Of a stretch of DNA of 64,000 nt, positions 48,021 to 57,808 are shown one piece after another (the first letter of the stretch is position 1; the number at the start of each line of letters is the position of its first letter). The notes beneath the pieces were generated by a model. The model made no database searches, had not been told where the DNA came from, and worked only from the letters and a program-made list of their open reading frames with translations. The DNA comes from Candidatus Krumholzibacteriia bacterium (GTDB taxonomy: Bacteria > Krumholzibacteriota > Krumholzibacteriia > JAJRXK01). The position numbers and the translations under genes are program-made. Location: assembly GCA_041484665.1 (NCBI GenBank), contig JBGPIA010000001.1:256001-320000 (forward strand). The letters run 5' to 3'.

Positions 48021-48419
48021 ATGGGCGCACGTCACTTCACGACGCACTTCACCCCGGAGGCCGCGGACCGGTGGGTTCCCCGGCTGCGCGAGCTTTTCGC
48101 TCGCATCCACGCCATCCTCGACTCCGTGGAGGACGAGATCTCCGTGATCCAGGAGCAGGCGCACCGGGTGGGTGGCAACGGCGGCGGGTTCGACTCCCGC
48201 CACTACTTCTCCAGCGACCGGGAGCTGGGGGACGCGCTGCGGGAGATCCAGAGCGCCGGGATCCTCATCCAGGACATCCGGCGGGGGCTGGTGGATTTTC
48301 CCCACGTGCGCGAGGGCCGCGAGGTGTTCCTGTGCTGGGAGCTGGCCGACGGGGACCGCATCCAGTGGTTCCACGAGCTCCAGGCCGGCTTCGCAGGCCG
48401 GGCGGCGCTGCCGCGCTGA
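48021..48419 (+). CDS. DUF2203 family protein
   Basis: FTPEAA..VP; GLVDFP....GREVFLCW..G..I..FHE...GFAGR. Confidence 0.85.
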   Translation: MGARHFTTHFTPEAADRWVPRLRELFARIHAILDSVEDEISVIQEQAHRVGGNGGGFDSRHYFSSDRELGDALREIQSAGILIQDIRRGLVDFPHVREGREVFLCWELADGDRIQWFHELQAGFAGRAALPR

Positions 48420-48525
48420 CGGGGGAGCCCCCGGCGGCCCACCGCGGCGCGCGCCGCTGATGCTTTGGCCGTCGACGCCGCTCACGGCGCCGTCGTCAGC
48501 GTTGCTGCCGATGCCATGGCCGCGC

Positions 48526-49812
48526 TCAGCGTCGCGCTGCTGCTCGCACGTCGTCGATCCGCTCCCGGACCCATCGCAACTCCGCCGCGAGTCCGGCGCA
48601 CAGCGCGGGCTCGTCGAGCTGCTCCTGAGGCAACACGCCCCACGTGTAGGTCTCGACTTCCAGATGGCGAGTGCGGTCGTGCGCGAGCACGTGCCGCAGG
48701 CAGCGCAGGAGCTCGGCCTGGGTGGTGCCCAGGCCCGAGACCGTGGCGCGGTGGATGGGCACGTGGAAGTGCACGCGCCAGCGGTCGGCTGCCAGCCATG
48801 CGGAGTCGGGTCTCGCGAGCAGTGTCTCCAGATCGGTCGCGATGACCGCGGCACCCGACGCCGTGGGCGCTGCGCGCGAACCGGACGATGCGTCTCTGGG
48901 CGGCCTTCCCACCTGATGCAGGTAGCGTGGCTCGGCAAACCGCGCCAGGGTCGCCAGCAACTCCGACGAGGCCCCGGGCCGCTCGATGTCGAGCGCGCTG
49001 CTTATCTGCAGCTTGGCGATGGTGATCCCAGCGCGGTCGATGTGGTCGAGCGACTCCTCCATCGCCTCGAATTCGACGGCCTGGTGGCAGGCGTCGAAGC
49101 ACAGCCCCAGGTGCCCGCGCACGACGTCTTCGGCGCGCGCGTAACCGACGCCGAAGGAGTGGAGCGTGCGCATCGCCGCGGCCGAGAGCAGGTAGCGCTG
49201 GAAGAAGTCGATCGCCTCGGCGGTGGTCTCCAGGGTGCACGCGGGCTCCGGCTCCAGCCCGAGCACCAGATGCCGCCCGGTCTGCCGCCAGAGGCGGTCC
49301 CATTCGGCAGCGAGCTCCAGAAGCTGCCTCGCGCACGCTTCTTTGAAATCAGGGGCCTCGCCCCACGGCTTGTAACCCAGCGGCAGCGTGCTGATGGAGC
49401 CGGTCTCGTCGCTGCCCACCCACGCGGCGAGCAGGCGCCCCAGCGCCAGCGTGTAGCGCAGCCGCTCCGGGTCGGCCCAGGTCGGGCGATAGACCTGCTC
49501 CTTCACGCGCGCCTGGTGGAAATCGCCGAAGGGGAACCCGTTGAGCGTGAACGGCTCCAGACCGCGCTGGGTGAGCGCCTCGCCGAATGCGCGCGCCCGG
49601 CCGCGGTCGCAGTCGAGCTCGAAGGCCGCGCTGGCCGGGATCCAAAGCCCCAGCCCGAACGGCGAGCCGGCCGCGTCGCCAAGGGTCTGCGCCCGCACGG
49701 CCGGCACGATGCGGTCGAGATTGCCCAGGATTGCCGCGACATCGGTGCCGGGCAGGACGTTCGTGCAGAAGGTCAGGCGCAGCTCGCGACCGCAGTGATC
49801 GATGCGGGGCAT
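48526..49812 (-). CDS. eboE: EboE-like xylose-isomerase TIM-barrel protein
   Basis: CTNV.P; FGLGLW; FTLNGFPFGDFH..VKE.VY.P.W; LEPEP; CFDACHQAVEFE; WRVHFHVP; LEVETYTW. Confidence 0.87.
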   Translation of the reverse strand: MPRIDHCGRELRLTFCTNVLPGTDVAAILGNLDRIVPAVRAQTLGDAAGSPFGLGLWIPASAAFELDCDRGRARAFGEALTQRGLEPFTLNGFPFGDFHQARVKEQVYRPTWADPERLRYTLALGRLLAAWVGSDETGSISTLPLGYKPWGEAPDFKEACARQLLELAAEWDRLWRQTGRHLVLGLEPEPACTLETTAEAIDFFQRYLLSAAAMRTLHSFGVGYARAEDVVRGHLGLCFDACHQAVEFEAMEESLDHIDRAGITIAKLQISSALDIERPGASSELLATLARFAEPRYLHQVGRPPRDASSGSRAAPTASGAAVIATDLETLLARPDSAWLAADRWRVHFHVPIHRATVSGLGTTQAELLRCLRHVLAHDRTRHLEVETYTWGVLPQEQLDEPALCAGLAAELRWVRERIDDVRAAARR

Positions 49813-49905
49813 CAGCACCTCGCCGTCCGCCGCGCGAGCGGCGCGCAACCTACGCTGCGCCCCGTGAGGCCGCGAGGCGACGGCCCCGGGCCGCACCTCG
49901 GGCGG

Positions 49906-50406
49906 CTAGGCCGCTCCCAGGGCCAGCGTCACCAGAGCAGCCTCGGGCCCGACCAGCTCTCCGGGCTTCACGTGGATCGACGCGACCGTCCCCGCCGCCG
50001 AGGCGGCCACGTCGACCTCCATCTTCATGGCCTCCATACGCACGACCGGCCGGCCGGCGCTCACCGGCTCATGGAGCTGCACGAGCACCGCCAGGATCTT
50101 GCCCGGCATGGGCGCCCGCACCACGGGACTGCCCGCCGCCGCCTCCTGGTCCTGCTCCTCCTGCTCGTCGACCAGGTGGAAGCGCGCGCCATGACCCTCC
50201 ACCTGGACGTGGAGATCGTGCCCGTCGAACGCGTACCGCGCGCGGCTGAGCCGGCCGTCGACGCGCAGCAAGAGCGTCGAGGCGTCCCGCGCGAGCAGCT
50301 CGACGCGCAGCGGCGACGCGCCGCTGCGCTCCAGCACCAGCCAGGACCCTTCGGTGCGCACCTCCAGCACGTGGCGGAGGTCGCCCTGCTGCAGCAGCAT
50401 CCGCAT
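49906..50406 (-). CDS. Biotin carboxyl carrier protein with BT-like N-domain
   Basis: APMPGKI; EAMKM biotinylation motif; TGATG overlap. Confidence 0.85.
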   Translation of the reverse strand: MRMLLQQGDLRHVLEVRTEGSWLVLERSGASPLRVELLARDASTLLLRVDGRLSRARYAFDGHDLHVQVEGHGARFHLVDEQEEQDQEAAAGSPVVRAPMPGKILAVLVQLHEPVSAGRPVVRMEAMKMEVDVAASAAGTVASIHVKPGELVGPEAALVTLALGAA

Positions 50407-52121
50407 CAATGCGTCTCGCCCTCGCCCAGACGCAGCGGCCCGAGCGACGACCACGCGATCCCCGCCCTGTGGCCAGCATCCGCGGCAGCGTGCCCGGAGC
50501 CTGCGGAGCCGCCCGCACCACCCCCCGGCGCGAACGTGGAGCGCAGGAGCACGGCAGCGGTGGCCAGCAGCGCAACCGCGGGCAACGGCTCGCCCAGGGA
50601 GGCGGTGGCCGGAGCATCCCCAGCGCGCCCGCCGGGCAGGTGCTCGTCGAGAAAACCCGTATGCGTGCGGCCGCCGGCGAACGCGGGGTGCTCCAAGATC
50701 GCGATCAGGTACTGCAGGTTGCTGCGCGGACCGAGCAGCACGGTCTCGCGCAGCGCCGCAACCAGCCGCCGGCGCGCCGCGTCGCGGTCGTGCGCCCAGG
50801 CGCTGACCTTGGCAATCAGCGGGTCGTAGTGCAGCGTGACCTCCGCGCCGCTCACGATCCCCGTGTCGACGCGCACCCCCGGCCCCACCGGTGGCTCGAA
50901 GAGAAGCACCCTCCCCGTCTGCGGCAGGAAGCCCGCAGCTGGATCCTCGGCGTAGAGACGCGCCTCGATGGCATGCCCGCGCGCCGCCGGTGCGGCGCCC
51001 GCGGGGCGCTGGACGCCGCTGCGCGCCCGCTCGGGTGCCTCGGCCCCCGCCGGTGGCGTCAAGACCCAGCTCAGCGGCTCCCCCTGGGCGATGCGGATCT
51101 GCTCGGCCACCATGTCCACGCCGGTCACCCACTCGGTGACGGGGTGCTCCACCTGCAGGCGGGTGTTCATCTCCAGGAAATAGAACTCGCCCGAGGCGTC
51201 CAGCAGCAGCTCGACGGTGCCAGCGTTGACGTAGCCCACGGCCGCCGCCGCCCGCACGGCCGTGTCGCGGATGCTGGCGCTCAATGCGGGCGCCAGTCCC
51301 GCAGCCGGTGACTCCTCGATGATCTTCTGGTGGCGTCTCTGGATCGAGCACTCGCGCTCACCCAGGTGCGCGACGTTGCCGTGCAGGTCGCCGAATACCT
51401 GGACTTCGATGTGGCGCGGGTTGTGCAGCAGCCGCTCCAGGTAGACCGTCGGATCGCCGAAGGCGGACGCCGCCTCCCGGCGCGCCGCGCCGATGGCGGC
51501 CGGTAACTGCGCCTCATCGTCCACACGGCGCATGCCCTTGCCTCCGCCGCCCGCGGCGGCCTTGACCAGCAGGGGATAGCCGACCGCGCGGGCGGCGTGG
51601 CGCCAGGCGGCCTCGTCGTCGCCGTCGGGCAGCAGCCCGCCGGGCACCACCGGCACGCCCGCCTGGCGCATCCGCTCGCGCGCGGCGATCTTGCTGCCCA
51701 TGGCCTCGATGACCTCAGCCGGTGGGCCGATGAAGATCAACCCGGCGTCGCGCACGGCGCGGGCGAAGGTGGCGTTCTCGGCGAGGAATCCGTAGCCGGG
51801 ATGGATGGCGTCGCAGCCGGTGGCCCGCGCGGCGTCGAGGATGCGGTCGATGCACAGGTAGCTCTCCCGGGGCGGCGGCGGGCCGATCTCCACGACCGAG
51901 TCGGCGAGCTGCGCGTGCAGGGCGATGCGGTCGGCCTCGCTGGCCACGGCCACGGACCCGATCCCCAGCTCGCGGCACGCGCGCACGATCCGCACGGCAA
52001 TCTCGCCGCGGTTGGCGATCAGAATGCGGCGCAGCGGGCGCACCGTCGCCGCGCTGGCGCAGTGAGCGTGCGAAGCGGGGCGGCGGCCGGCGGCGCGGGC
52101 ACTGCGGGCGGGCTTGCTCAC
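50406..52121 (-). CDS. Biotin carboxylase subunit (acyl-CoA carboxylase alpha)
   Basis: ILIANRGEIA; HPGYGFLAEN; GGGGKGMR; ERECSIQRRHQK; EMNTRLQVEHPVTE. Confidence 0.93.
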   Translation of the reverse strand: MSKPARSARAAGRRPASHAHCASAATVRPLRRILIANRGEIAVRIVRACRELGIGSVAVASEADRIALHAQLADSVVEIGPPPPRESYLCIDRILDAARATGCDAIHPGYGFLAENATFARAVRDAGLIFIGPPAEVIEAMGSKIAARERMRQAGVPVVPGGLLPDGDDEAAWRHAARAVGYPLLVKAAAGGGGKGMRRVDDEAQLPAAIGAARREAASAFGDPTVYLERLLHNPRHIEVQVFGDLHGNVAHLGERECSIQRRHQKIIEESPAAGLAPALSASIRDTAVRAAAAVGYVNAGTVELLLDASGEFYFLEMNTRLQVEHPVTEWVTGVDMVAEQIRIAQGEPLSWVLTPPAGAEAPERARSGVQRPAGAAPAARGHAIEARLYAEDPAAGFLPQTGRVLLFEPPVGPGVRVDTGIVSGAEVTLHYDPLIAKVSAWAHDRDAARRRLVAALRETVLLGPRSNLQYLIAILEHPAFAGGRTHTGFLDEHLPGGRAGDAPATASLGEPLPAVALLATAAVLLRSTFAPGGGAGGSAGSGHAAADAGHRAGIAWSSLGPLRLGEGETH

Positions 52122-52918
52122 GTCGGCGCGTCCTTGGGGGGATGTGCCCAGCGCGGCGGGCGCTTCTCGAAGAACGCGGCAAACCCCTCCCTGGCCTCTT
52201 CCGTTGCGCGCTGCGCGGCGATGAACGGCGGCGTGCGCTGCGCGGCTTCGCCCAGCGACAGCGGCCCGATCTCGTCCAGCAGTCGCTTGATGGCCGCCTG
52301 CGCGCCGGGGCCCCCCTGGCCCAGCGACGCCACGACTCGCGCGACGGCGGCATCGAGCTCGGCCGCCGGCACGACGATGTCGACGAGCCCCAACGCGAGG
52401 GCGCGGTGGGCGTCGAAGCGATCGCCGGTGAGGAACAACGGCCGCGCCGCGCCCGGGCCGATGCGGCGCACGACGAAGGGCGAGATCACGGCCGGCAGGA
52501 TCCCCAGGCGTACCTCGCTCAAGCCCAGCTTCGTGTCCTCCGCGGCGACGACGATGTCGCACGCGGCCAGCAGGCCGACCCCTCCGCCCAGGGCGACACC
52601 GTGCACCCTGGCCACGACCGGCCGGGGGCACTCCGCCAGCGCCAGGAACAGCTCGCCCAGTGTCCTGGCATCGGCGAGGTTCGCATCGCGATCGTAGGTG
52701 GAGAGGCGCTGCATGTAGCCGATGTCGGCACCGGCGCAGAAGCTCTTGCCCTCGCCGGAGAGCACGACGACGCGCACCGCGGGCTCGCCGGATAACGCGC
52801 GGATCGCCGCGGTCAGCGCGGCGATCAGCTCCTCATCGAGGGCGTTGTGCACGTCGGGGCGGTGGAGGCGAAGCTCGAGGAGCTCGTCGCGGCGCTGGAC
52901 TCGCAGGACCTCCGCCAT
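52118..52918 (-). CDS. Enoyl-CoA hydratase (methylglutaconyl-CoA hydratase-like)
   Basis: FCAGAD; ALGGGVGL; SEVRLGILPAVISPFV; EAREGFAAFFEKR. Confidence 0.88.
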   Translation of the reverse strand: MAEVLRVQRRDELLELRLHRPDVHNALDEELIAALTAAIRALSGEPAVRVVVLSGEGKSFCAGADIGYMQRLSTYDRDANLADARTLGELFLALAECPRPVVARVHGVALGGGVGLLAACDIVVAAEDTKLGLSEVRLGILPAVISPFVVRRIGPGAARPLFLTGDRFDAHRALALGLVDIVVPAAELDAAVARVVASLGQGGPGAQAAIKRLLDEIGPLSLGEAAQRTPPFIAAQRATEEAREGFAAFFEKRPPRWAHPPKDAPT

Positions 52919-54750
52919 CAGTACCTGCCTCCGCCCGCCACTTCGTCGGTGGAGTCCGCCAGCTTCAGCCAGGCCTCGTCCACCTCCACCTCCATCGCCA
53001 AGAGCGCGTGGCTGAGCGTCTTGCCCTGTGGATCGATGCGCAAGGAGAGCGTCCCGCCGCCGCCCAGGCACCCGTGGAGCAGGAAGTTCAGCGCCGAGAG
53101 GTTGTGGACCTCGAAGCGCTCGACCTTGCCCTGGACGAGGCCCGTGAAACGGGCCTTCACCACGTCGGCGGTGAGCGCGTCACGCAGCCACAGGTAGAGC
53201 AGCGGGTGGCGCGCGATCACGCCGATGTTGCAGGTGTCACCTTTGTCGCCCGAGCGGCCATAGGCAAGGCGGCTCAACGGCACCGCAACGGTGTGCCCCG
53301 TGGGGCGCGGCGGGTGCTGCCCCGGTTGCATCAGCTCGTGCACGGACGGCCCCTCGACCGTCCCGCTGCCGGTCGGTCCTTCGAAGGCGACCAGCGCCTC
53401 CTCACGCCGCTCGCCGCACAGCACGACGACCGCTGCCTGGCAGCGCTCGCGCGGGATCAGCGCCGGCCAGTAGGCCACGACGTCCTGGATCTCGGGCCGC
53501 CCGCCCGTGACCGCCACTCCAGGCGGACCGGAGAGGATCAGCGCCGGCAGCGTCTTGCTGAACGCGCGTAGCTTCTCGCGGTCGTGGTCGCGTGCGCCGA
53601 AGCGCAGGTAGATCTCGTTGGCCTCCCGGCCCGGCGAGAGCGGGCCCCACGTGGCGTCGGCGCCCACGTACTCGGTCAGCTGCTCCTCGTAGTGGGGCAG
53701 GCGCTTCCAGAGGATCTCGGCGAACACCTCGCTCTTGGCGCGTGCCTGCGGTCCGCAGACGATCACGGCGCCGCTGGCCTTGTAGCCGTCGGCGTAGCTC
53801 ATGGACACCTTCAGGAAACGGGTCGGCGGCGCGCCGCGGATCCCCCAGACCCGCACGCGGTCGCGGCCGAGCGATTCCAAGCGCACGCTGCTGAAGTCGG
53901 CCACCACGTCGGGCGTGATGTAGGCACGGGGATCGCCCATCTCGTAGACGAGCTGCTCCTTGATCGTCTGCGCCGAGACCAGGCCACCCGAGCCCTTGTG
54001 TTTCGTGATGACGAACGAGCCGTCGGGGGAGACCTCCGCAATCGGATAGCCGATGTTGTGGAACGCGGGCACACGCTCCCAGTCGGTGAGGTTGCCGCCG
54101 GTGCTCTGCGCGCCGCACTCCAGGATGTGGCCGGCGATGATGCCCGCGGCTAGCTGGTCGTAGTCGGTGGGTTTCCAACCGAAGCGGTGGATCATGGGCG
54201 CGAGCGTGATGCCCGTGTCGGTCACGCGCCCGGTCACCACGAAACGCGCCCCCAACTGCAGCGCTTCCACCACCGGCGCGGCGCCGAAGTAGGCGTTGGC
54301 CGACGTCACCCGCCCGGCGATCGCGGCGAACGGCCGCCCGTCGTCCATGTTGTCCAGGCGAACGCCCTCCTTCGTCCACGCCTCGATGCGCCCCAGGATG
54401 TCATCGCCGGCCACTAGGCCAACCGACGCCTCCAGCTTGAGTTCCACGGCGAGCCGCACCAGTGCCTGCGCGCAGCCGTCGGGGTTGACGCCCCCGGCAT
54501 TGGTGATGATCGTGACGCCGCGAGCGACCGCCTCTCGCATCACCTCGCGCATCTGGTCGACGAAGTCGCGGGCGTACCCAGCCTGCGGATCGCGGGCGCG
54601 CTGTTTCTGCAGGATCGACATGGTGATCTCGGCCAGGAAGTCGAGGGTCACGACGTCGATGGGGCCGCCCTCGATCTGGCGGCGCAGCGCGGTCAGATCG
54701 TCGCCCCAGTAGCCGCCGGCGTTGCCGATGCGCAGGACGTCCCCCGCCAT
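52918..54750 (-). CDS. AtuA / DUF1446 acyclic terpene utilisation family protein
   Basis: RIGNAGGYWGD; DFLAEITMS; TGRVTD; GHILECGAQ.TGGN; RSGDKGD. Confidence 0.9.
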   Translation of the reverse strand: MAGDVLRIGNAGGYWGDDLTALRRQIEGGPIDVVTLDFLAEITMSILQKQRARDPQAGYARDFVDQMREVMREAVARGVTIITNAGGVNPDGCAQALVRLAVELKLEASVGLVAGDDILGRIEAWTKEGVRLDNMDDGRPFAAIAGRVTSANAYFGAAPVVEALQLGARFVVTGRVTDTGITLAPMIHRFGWKPTDYDQLAAGIIAGHILECGAQSTGGNLTDWERVPAFHNIGYPIAEVSPDGSFVITKHKGSGGLVSAQTIKEQLVYEMGDPRAYITPDVVADFSSVRLESLGRDRVRVWGIRGAPPTRFLKVSMSYADGYKASGAVIVCGPQARAKSEVFAEILWKRLPHYEEQLTEYVGADATWGPLSPGREANEIYLRFGARDHDREKLRAFSKTLPALILSGPPGVAVTGGRPEIQDVVAYWPALIPRERCQAAVVVLCGERREEALVAFEGPTGSGTVEGPSVHELMQPGQHPPRPTGHTVAVPLSRLAYGRSGDKGDTCNIGVIARHPLLYLWLRDALTADVVKARFTGLVQGKVERFEVHNLSALNFLLHGCLGGGGTLSLRIDPQGKTLSHALLAMEVEVDEAWLKLADSTDEVAGGGRY

Positions 54751-54858
54751 GAGCCCTTCCCTTCTGTGATCCCGGCTTCACGCCGGGCCCGTCCTTCGTC
54801 GGCGCACCCGGAGCGCCCCGAGCGCCGGCTGCTCGGCAAGCCGGCGATCGCGCCGCCG

Positions 54859-56208
54859 TCAGCCTTCCAGGTGCCCCGGAATCAGCGGCCGGGTAAGGTC
54901 CTCGCGGCCCGTCGGGGTGACGAGCACGTCGTCCTCCACACGGATGCCGCCCATGGGGAGAAGCGCGTCGATGAGCCGCCAGTCGAGGTCGCGGGCGTCG
55001 GGACCGTCGCGCAAGGGCGCGAGCAGCATCGGGATGAAGTAGAGACCGGGCTCGATGGTCACGACGTGCCCCGGCGCGAGCGCCCGTGTGGTCCTCAGGT
55101 AGGGATACTCGGCGGGAGGCGGCAGCGTGCCACCCGCGCGCGTGGCCTGGCGCCCGCCGATGTCGTGGACCTGCAGCCCCAGATGATGTCCCAGGCCGTG
55201 CGGGAGGAACGGGCGCGTGTGGCCCTTGGCAAGCGCCGTGTCCGCATCCACCTTCACGATCCCCAGCTCGCTGAGGATGCGGGCGGTACCACGGTGCGCC
55301 TGGACGTGCAGCTCGAGGTACGGCTTGCCGGCCGCCACGGCCGCCACCAGCTCGCGCTGCATCGCCTCGACGCGATCCAGCGCCGCACGGAAGACCGGAT
55401 GCACGCCGTTGCGAGCGTAGGTGCGCGTGACGTCGCTGGCGTAGCCGAAGCACATCGCGCCGGCGTCGATCAGGAACGCCGCGCCCGGCCGCGGTGGCGT
55501 CGTGCGCTTGCTCTGGTAGTGGAGGATGGCCGAGCGGTCGTCCCAGGCGATGATATTGCCGTAGGGGCTCTCCAGCTCGGTCATCCCGGCAGCCTCCAGA
55601 TACGCGGCGTGCAGCGCCCGCTCGCTTTCCCCCTGCGCCATCAGGCGGCGCACCGCAGCGTGTCCGCGAGCGGCGATGCGCGCCGCCTCGCGGATGCACT
55701 CCACCTCGTACGGCGTCTTCTGCCCGCGGCTCCAGTCCAGTGCCGCCACCAGCACCGCCGGCTGCACGGCGCCGGCGCCGATCCCCAGGCGCGCGGCCAG
55801 CGTGGGCGAGCTGCCAACGTACCCACAGTCGGCGACGTCGCCCGCGGCCTCGCACGCCTGCTCGGCGGACTCCACCGGGACGACGTCCATGCACGCTGCG
55901 TAGGGATGGTCCACATCGGCGGGGGGCTCGTACCAGTAGTCGCGCGGAACCACGCGGTAGAGCGTGAAGCGGTGCCCGGGACGCATCACGACCAGATGGT
56001 CGGGCCCCGGCACCGGCGCCAAGCGCGCGAAATGCGGGACGGTGTGGAAGGAGACGTCCTGATCGTCGGCGTGGTAGGCCACGGCGGATCCGGCATGGAA
56101 GACGATTCCGCCGAAGGGGGCTTTGTGCTGGGCGCTCAGCTCGAGCGCGCCCGCACACTCGCCGAGCAGGTGCTCGAGGTGATCGGCGAACAGGGTCTTG
56201 GAGATCAT
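54859..56208 (-). CDS. pepQ: Xaa-Pro dipeptidase (M24B)
   Basis: KTPYE; PYGNI; LIDAGA...GYASDVTRT; PHGLGH.LGLQVHD; TIEPGLYFI; GGIRVED. Confidence 0.9.
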   Translation of the reverse strand: MISKTLFADHLEHLLGECAGALELSAQHKAPFGGIVFHAGSAVAYHADDQDVSFHTVPHFARLAPVPGPDHLVVMRPGHRFTLYRVVPRDYWYEPPADVDHPYAACMDVVPVESAEQACEAAGDVADCGYVGSSPTLAARLGIGAGAVQPAVLVAALDWSRGQKTPYEVECIREAARIAARGHAAVRRLMAQGESERALHAAYLEAAGMTELESPYGNIIAWDDRSAILHYQSKRTTPPRPGAAFLIDAGAMCFGYASDVTRTYARNGVHPVFRAALDRVEAMQRELVAAVAAGKPYLELHVQAHRGTARILSELGIVKVDADTALAKGHTRPFLPHGLGHHLGLQVHDIGGRQATRAGGTLPPPAEYPYLRTTRALAPGHVVTIEPGLYFIPMLLAPLRDGPDARDLDWRLIDALLPMGGIRVEDDVLVTPTGREDLTRPLIPGHLEG

Positions 56209-56428
56209 CGGCTTGGACCTTCCGCTGTGGGGCCGATCGGGGGGCGCTGCTGGGCTGTCCCCAGCGGCGAGCGCTCAGTGTAGCCCGCCGCGCGCAGCCG
56301 CCTCAAGGCCGCTCGCGGGCGCGTGCCCCCTGCCCCCTCGTTTGCAGCGAGGCGCGGCGGCGGGCCAGGGGCGCCGGCGTGACCGCGCACGGCGTCGCAG
56401 GGCGGGCGGGGCGGGCCGCGCCGCGCGG

Positions 56429-57436
56429 TCACGCCGTGCGGCTCGCGCGCGAGCGCTGCTCGATGGAGCGCGCGAGGCTGCGGGCGATCTGCGAGAGCGG
56501 TACCACGGTGCAGGGGACCCCCATCTGGATCACCGTGCTGGGCATCGTCGGCGCGACGGCGGTCTCGGGATCCTGCACGATCACGACGCCGCCGGCGCCG
56601 GACACCTGCTCGGCCCCCAGCGCCCCATCGCGGCCCATGCCGGTGAGCACGACCGCCACCGCGCTGGACCCGAACGCCTTCGCCGCGCTGCGCAGCAGCA
56701 GGTCCCCTGAAGGACGCACGTAGTTCTCGGGCGGGGAGTCCACGAGGCGCAGCGTCAGCGTGCGCGGCTCGATCGTCAGGTGGTGTCCCCCCGGCGCGAT
56801 GTACAGCTCGCCGGCCACCGCGTTCAAGCCGTCCTGCGCGATGCGTACACGCATGGGGGTGTCGCGCTCCAGGGCGCGAGCGAACGTAGCCACCATCCAG
56901 TTGGGGCCATGGAGCACGACGAAGAAGGCGGCCGGGGAGTCGACGGTGAGCCCGCGCAGGATCTCGCTGATGGCGGTGGGCCCGCCGGTGCTGGCGACCA
57001 GGAAAACCCCCACGAACGGAGCGGGCGCCGCGGGCGGGGTGATCCGCGCGCCGGTGCTCGCCGGCGCCGGCTGCTCCCGGCGCGCCGACAGGGTATGGAG
57101 CCGCTCGACGCATTCCTGCGGGTCATAGGGCTTGGCTAGGTAGTCGTCGGCGCCCGCCTCCAGGGCGCGCGCCCGGGCCGTGGGAGAATCCAGCGCTGTG
57201 ATCATCATCAGGATGGGCGGCGGGTCGAATGCGGCGCGCACGCGGCGGATGAGCTCGATCCCGTCCATCGACGGCATCATCCAGTCGGTGAGCACGGCGT
57301 CGAAGCGCTCACGCGCAAGCGCGTCAAGGGCCTGCTGGCCGTCCGTAGCCCTCCGGACGTGGTGACCCTTGCGGGTGAGGATGCGTTCGAGCAGGAGCGC
57401 GCTGGCCGGATCGTCCTCGGCGACGAGGATGTTCAC
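56429..57436 (-). CDS. cheB: Receiver + CheB methylesterase protein
   Basis: Receiver (AEDD, DWMMP, KP); ASTGG, VLH and LTGMGRDG catalytic motifs. Confidence 0.8.
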   Translation of the reverse strand: MNILVAEDDPASALLLERILTRKGHHVRRATDGQQALDALARERFDAVLTDWMMPSMDGIELIRRVRAAFDPPPILMMITALDSPTARARALEAGADDYLAKPYDPQECVERLHTLSARREQPAPASTGARITPPAAPAPFVGVFLVASTGGPTAISEILRGLTVDSPAAFFVVLHGPNWMVATFARALERDTPMRVRIAQDGLNAVAGELYIAPGGHHLTIEPRTLTLRLVDSPPENYVRPSGDLLLRSAAKAFGSSAVAVVLTGMGRDGALGAEQVSGAGGVVIVQDPETAVAPTMPSTVIQMGVPCTVVPLSQIARSLARSIEQRSRASRTA

Positions 57437-57808
57437 GGTCTCCCCCTGGTTGGCGAAGCCTCAGGTGTCCGGCAGTGTGGCCGCTGCGGGCGAGCCGGCA
57501 GGGGCGGCGTGCCGCGCGAGCGATCATGTCAGACTGGGGGCCTCCCGATTCGGCCGCCAGGGGACCGACGACCCCTACAGTAACCGCCAGTATCGGGCCA
57601 GCCTGCGACGCGGCGCAACGGCGTTCTGCGCCCTCCCATCGACACGCCGCCGCCGCCGTGGCAACGTCAGCCAGGTCGGGCGGCTCGGCGGATCTCCGTC
57701 GCACGCCCCATTGGGAGCGCCCCTCCACTCGCGCGCACGCGGCTGGCCGAGCGCCGATCAGCATCACGCTCCAAGGCGACGGCTGAGCCCGCTCGCCGAA
57801 AGGCCGCA

